A DNA stretch of 63,930 nucleotides, the filler included, from Octopus bimaculoides (taxonomy: Eukaryota), in the NCBI RefSeq assembly GCF_001194135.2. It is 4 parts of 4 records of this genome, joined end to end, with 100 filler letters (N's around TTAATTAATTAA, not from the genome) between each part and the next. Parts side by side here need not be neighbours in the genome. Positions count along the whole stretch, not along the records: positions 57,001 to 63,930 come from NC_068999.1; 3 more parts are not named here. One strand, 5' to 3'. Position 1 is the stretch's first letter. Each line of letters begins with the position of its first letter. A program made the translations under genes and the position numbers. Positions 61,506-63,930 of the stretch are shown piece by piece. A model generated the notes under the pieces. The model had not been told where the DNA came from and ran no database searches. It saw only the letters and a program-made list of their open reading frames with translations.

Positions 61506-63507
61506 CGGCTTTGTTTTTGTTTATTTTTAAGCAGAACAGCTTTCAATGATCTGTTTTTTCTAGAACTAAAGTGTATCAAAGACCGAAATTCCTCAAAGGA
61601 TTTCAGTAAAATTTGGAAAGATGTTTCGCCACTACGGACATATTGTTAGAATGCAGCAGGAAAGAATCACAACGTGAATTCTTCAAACTGAACCAACCCA
61701 CAAGTGACCTTGTTGTCGACCACTAACATGGCGTTTGGATAATATCTATAGTTACAATTGGTCACACATGAGAATCCAGTGAGAAAGTCTAATGATGGTT
61801 GCTCTTGATATGATCTTACGGAGAAGATACCAGAGGACTCTAAGCCCGCAACCTTCTCATGAACAGTGGATGGTAGCAATGGATGAAAATGGACGAGTAG
61901 ATGGATGAAATGAATAAACAGACAGACTGACGTACGAACGGAGTGTTTAAGAGTCAACGGAGCTTTCTACATGTGGCTCATCTCTCAACCGAAAACATGT
62001 AAACATGTGATGGCAGGGCGGGGCTTAAAGAGCATATGCGAAGATGGATGAAGTGTGCTGAAAAGTAAGAATCTATCTATGTTAGAGAATGATCTACTTG
62101 TACTTTTAAGATCGCAACTGATATTGTAATATATACACATTAGAAAGAATGAAAGAAAAACAGACCTCTGAACACTACCCTACTTTAAAGCAATAAGTAA
62201 GCCTTTCTCTTTCGAGAGAGGGAGAGAGAAGTTTTAACAATGAAAATAGAACATACATACGTTGATGGAATGAAGAGGCTGAGTGTTCCAAGAGAACGGT
62301 AGAGTGAAATACTTTGAGGAGCAAAGGGGGAGAAGCAGCGGAAAAAAAGGAAAGTTAAGTACAGTAGAACAAGGGTTATTTTTTGAGAACATAAATAAAA
62401 AATCGGGAAAAGGGCGAAGAATAAAAGGAGAAAGAGAGAAAAGGAGGGAATAAACCTGGAATTTGATAGATGAGGGGAGCATAGGTTAAAAAGAACGAGA
62501 CAGGCGATAAAAAGAAAGAGGCAAGCGATAGAGAAAATATACGTTGGGGATGGCGCGAAAGGGGAAAAAAACGATGTATGTATGTATTTATGCCTGTATA
62601 TATGTATTATGTAAGGGGTGTGGTAGGTGTACGTTGTTCAGCGGGTGGAAGGTTTATGCTGAGGCAAAAGAGCAAACAGAGAAATCAATACATTTATCAA
62701 ATGAATATCATAGGATTTTATTATATCGATTCGAAGTGGAAAATATTGTTTTGCTGTTGGTCTGGTTGTTGTTGTTTTGTGTTGACTTTGGTGAGTTTTT
62801 CCTGTGAGTATACACACAAACACAAACGCACACACGTATATATCTACATATATANNNNNNNNNNNNNNNNNNNNNNNNNNNNNNNNNNNNNNNNNNNNNN
62901 NNNNNNNNNNNNNNNNNNNNNNNNNNNNNNNNNNNNNNNNNNNNNNNNNNNNNNNNNNNNNNNNNNNNNNNNNNNNNNNNNNNNNNNNNNNNNNNNNNNN
63001 NNNNNNNNNNNNNNNNNNNNNNNNNNNNNNNNNNNNNNNNNNNNNNNNNNNNNNNNNNNNNNNNNNNNNNNNNNNNNNNNNNNNNNNNNNNNNNNNNNNN
63101 NNNNNNNNNNNNNNNNNNNNNNNNNNNNNNNNNNNNNNNNNNNNNNNNNNNNNNNNNNNNNNNNNNNNNNNNNNNNNNNNNNNNNNNNNNNNNNNNNNNN
63201 NNNNNNNNNNNNNNNNNNNNNNNNNNNNNNNNNNNNNNNNNNNNNNNNNNNNNNNNNNNNNNNNNNNNNNNNNNNNNNNNNNNNNNNNNNNNNNNNNNNN
63301 NNNNNNNNNNNNNNNNNNNNNNNNNNNNNNNNNNNNNNNNNNNNNNNNNNNNNNNNNNNNNNNNNNNNNNNNNNNNNNNNNNNNNNNNNNNNNNNNNNNN
63401 NNNNNNNNNNNNNNNNNNNNNNNNNNNNNNNNNNNNNNNNNNNNNNNNNNNNNNNNNNNNNNNNNNNNNNNNNNNNNNNNNNNNNNNNNNNNNNNNNNNN
63501 NNNNNNN

Positions 63508-63541
<34 letters not shown>

Positions 63542-63930
63542 GTGTGTATGTATGTGTGTTTGTATCTGTTTTCTTGAATGTGTGCCGTATTTGTGTGAAT
63601 GTGTGTGAGTGTGTGTGTGTTTATGTGTGTGTTTATGTGTATGTTTGTGAATGTGTGTGTGTTTATTTGTGGTTTATCTGGTAATTAAATATTTCTAAAG
63701 AAATACATGCTATAATGGCCGTCTGGTAGACATAAAAAAAAATATACAAATAAAACAAACTCTTTTTAATTTTTAAATATTAAAACGTAAAATTATGTTT
63801 GGGCATGTGTGCATATAAACATTTATGTATGTGTAAATATCTGCATGTATATACACACATACATACAGACATACATGCATACATACATATATACATGTGT
63901 GTGTCTATATATATAAACATGCATGTATAT

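Noticed and set aside
840-63684. Numerous long ORFs with YI, CV, HT, MYVC, poly-X, poly-I/M/S/T content
   Set aside because: They are translations of microsatellites and N gaps, with no protein-family signal.

Overview
Eukaryotic, repeat-saturated, gap-rich draft-assembly DNA with no host protein-coding exon, rRNA or true tRNA gene that I can support. The repeat inventory (tRNA-derived SINEs, RTE/CR1/Tx1/R4/Penelope retroelements, Tc1/mariner relics, very dense microsatellites) resembles a cephalopod (Octopus-like) genome; this is inference. Most ORFs in the supplied track are microsatellite or N-gap artefacts; the meaningful ones are decayed transposon fragments. The standout structure is at ~10.1-22.4 kb: six co-oriented copies of R4/Dong-clade (RT + restriction-like endonuclease) retrotransposons from two subfamilies. 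Each copy starts in or next to (CATA)n and ends at TGAC-AT(A/G)C running into CATA repeats, suggesting a (TACA)n-targeted, self-seeding element. A third R4-like family sits among (TAA)n tracts at ~57.3-57.9 kb. Other notable items are a Penelope-type minimal hammerhead ribozyme with a variant core (31309-31345, minus), a zero-spacer 154-bp palindrome (50224-50377), recurrent head-to-tail SINE dimers and several long inverted repeats. Boundaries were read by eye and are approximate unless a motif is quoted.
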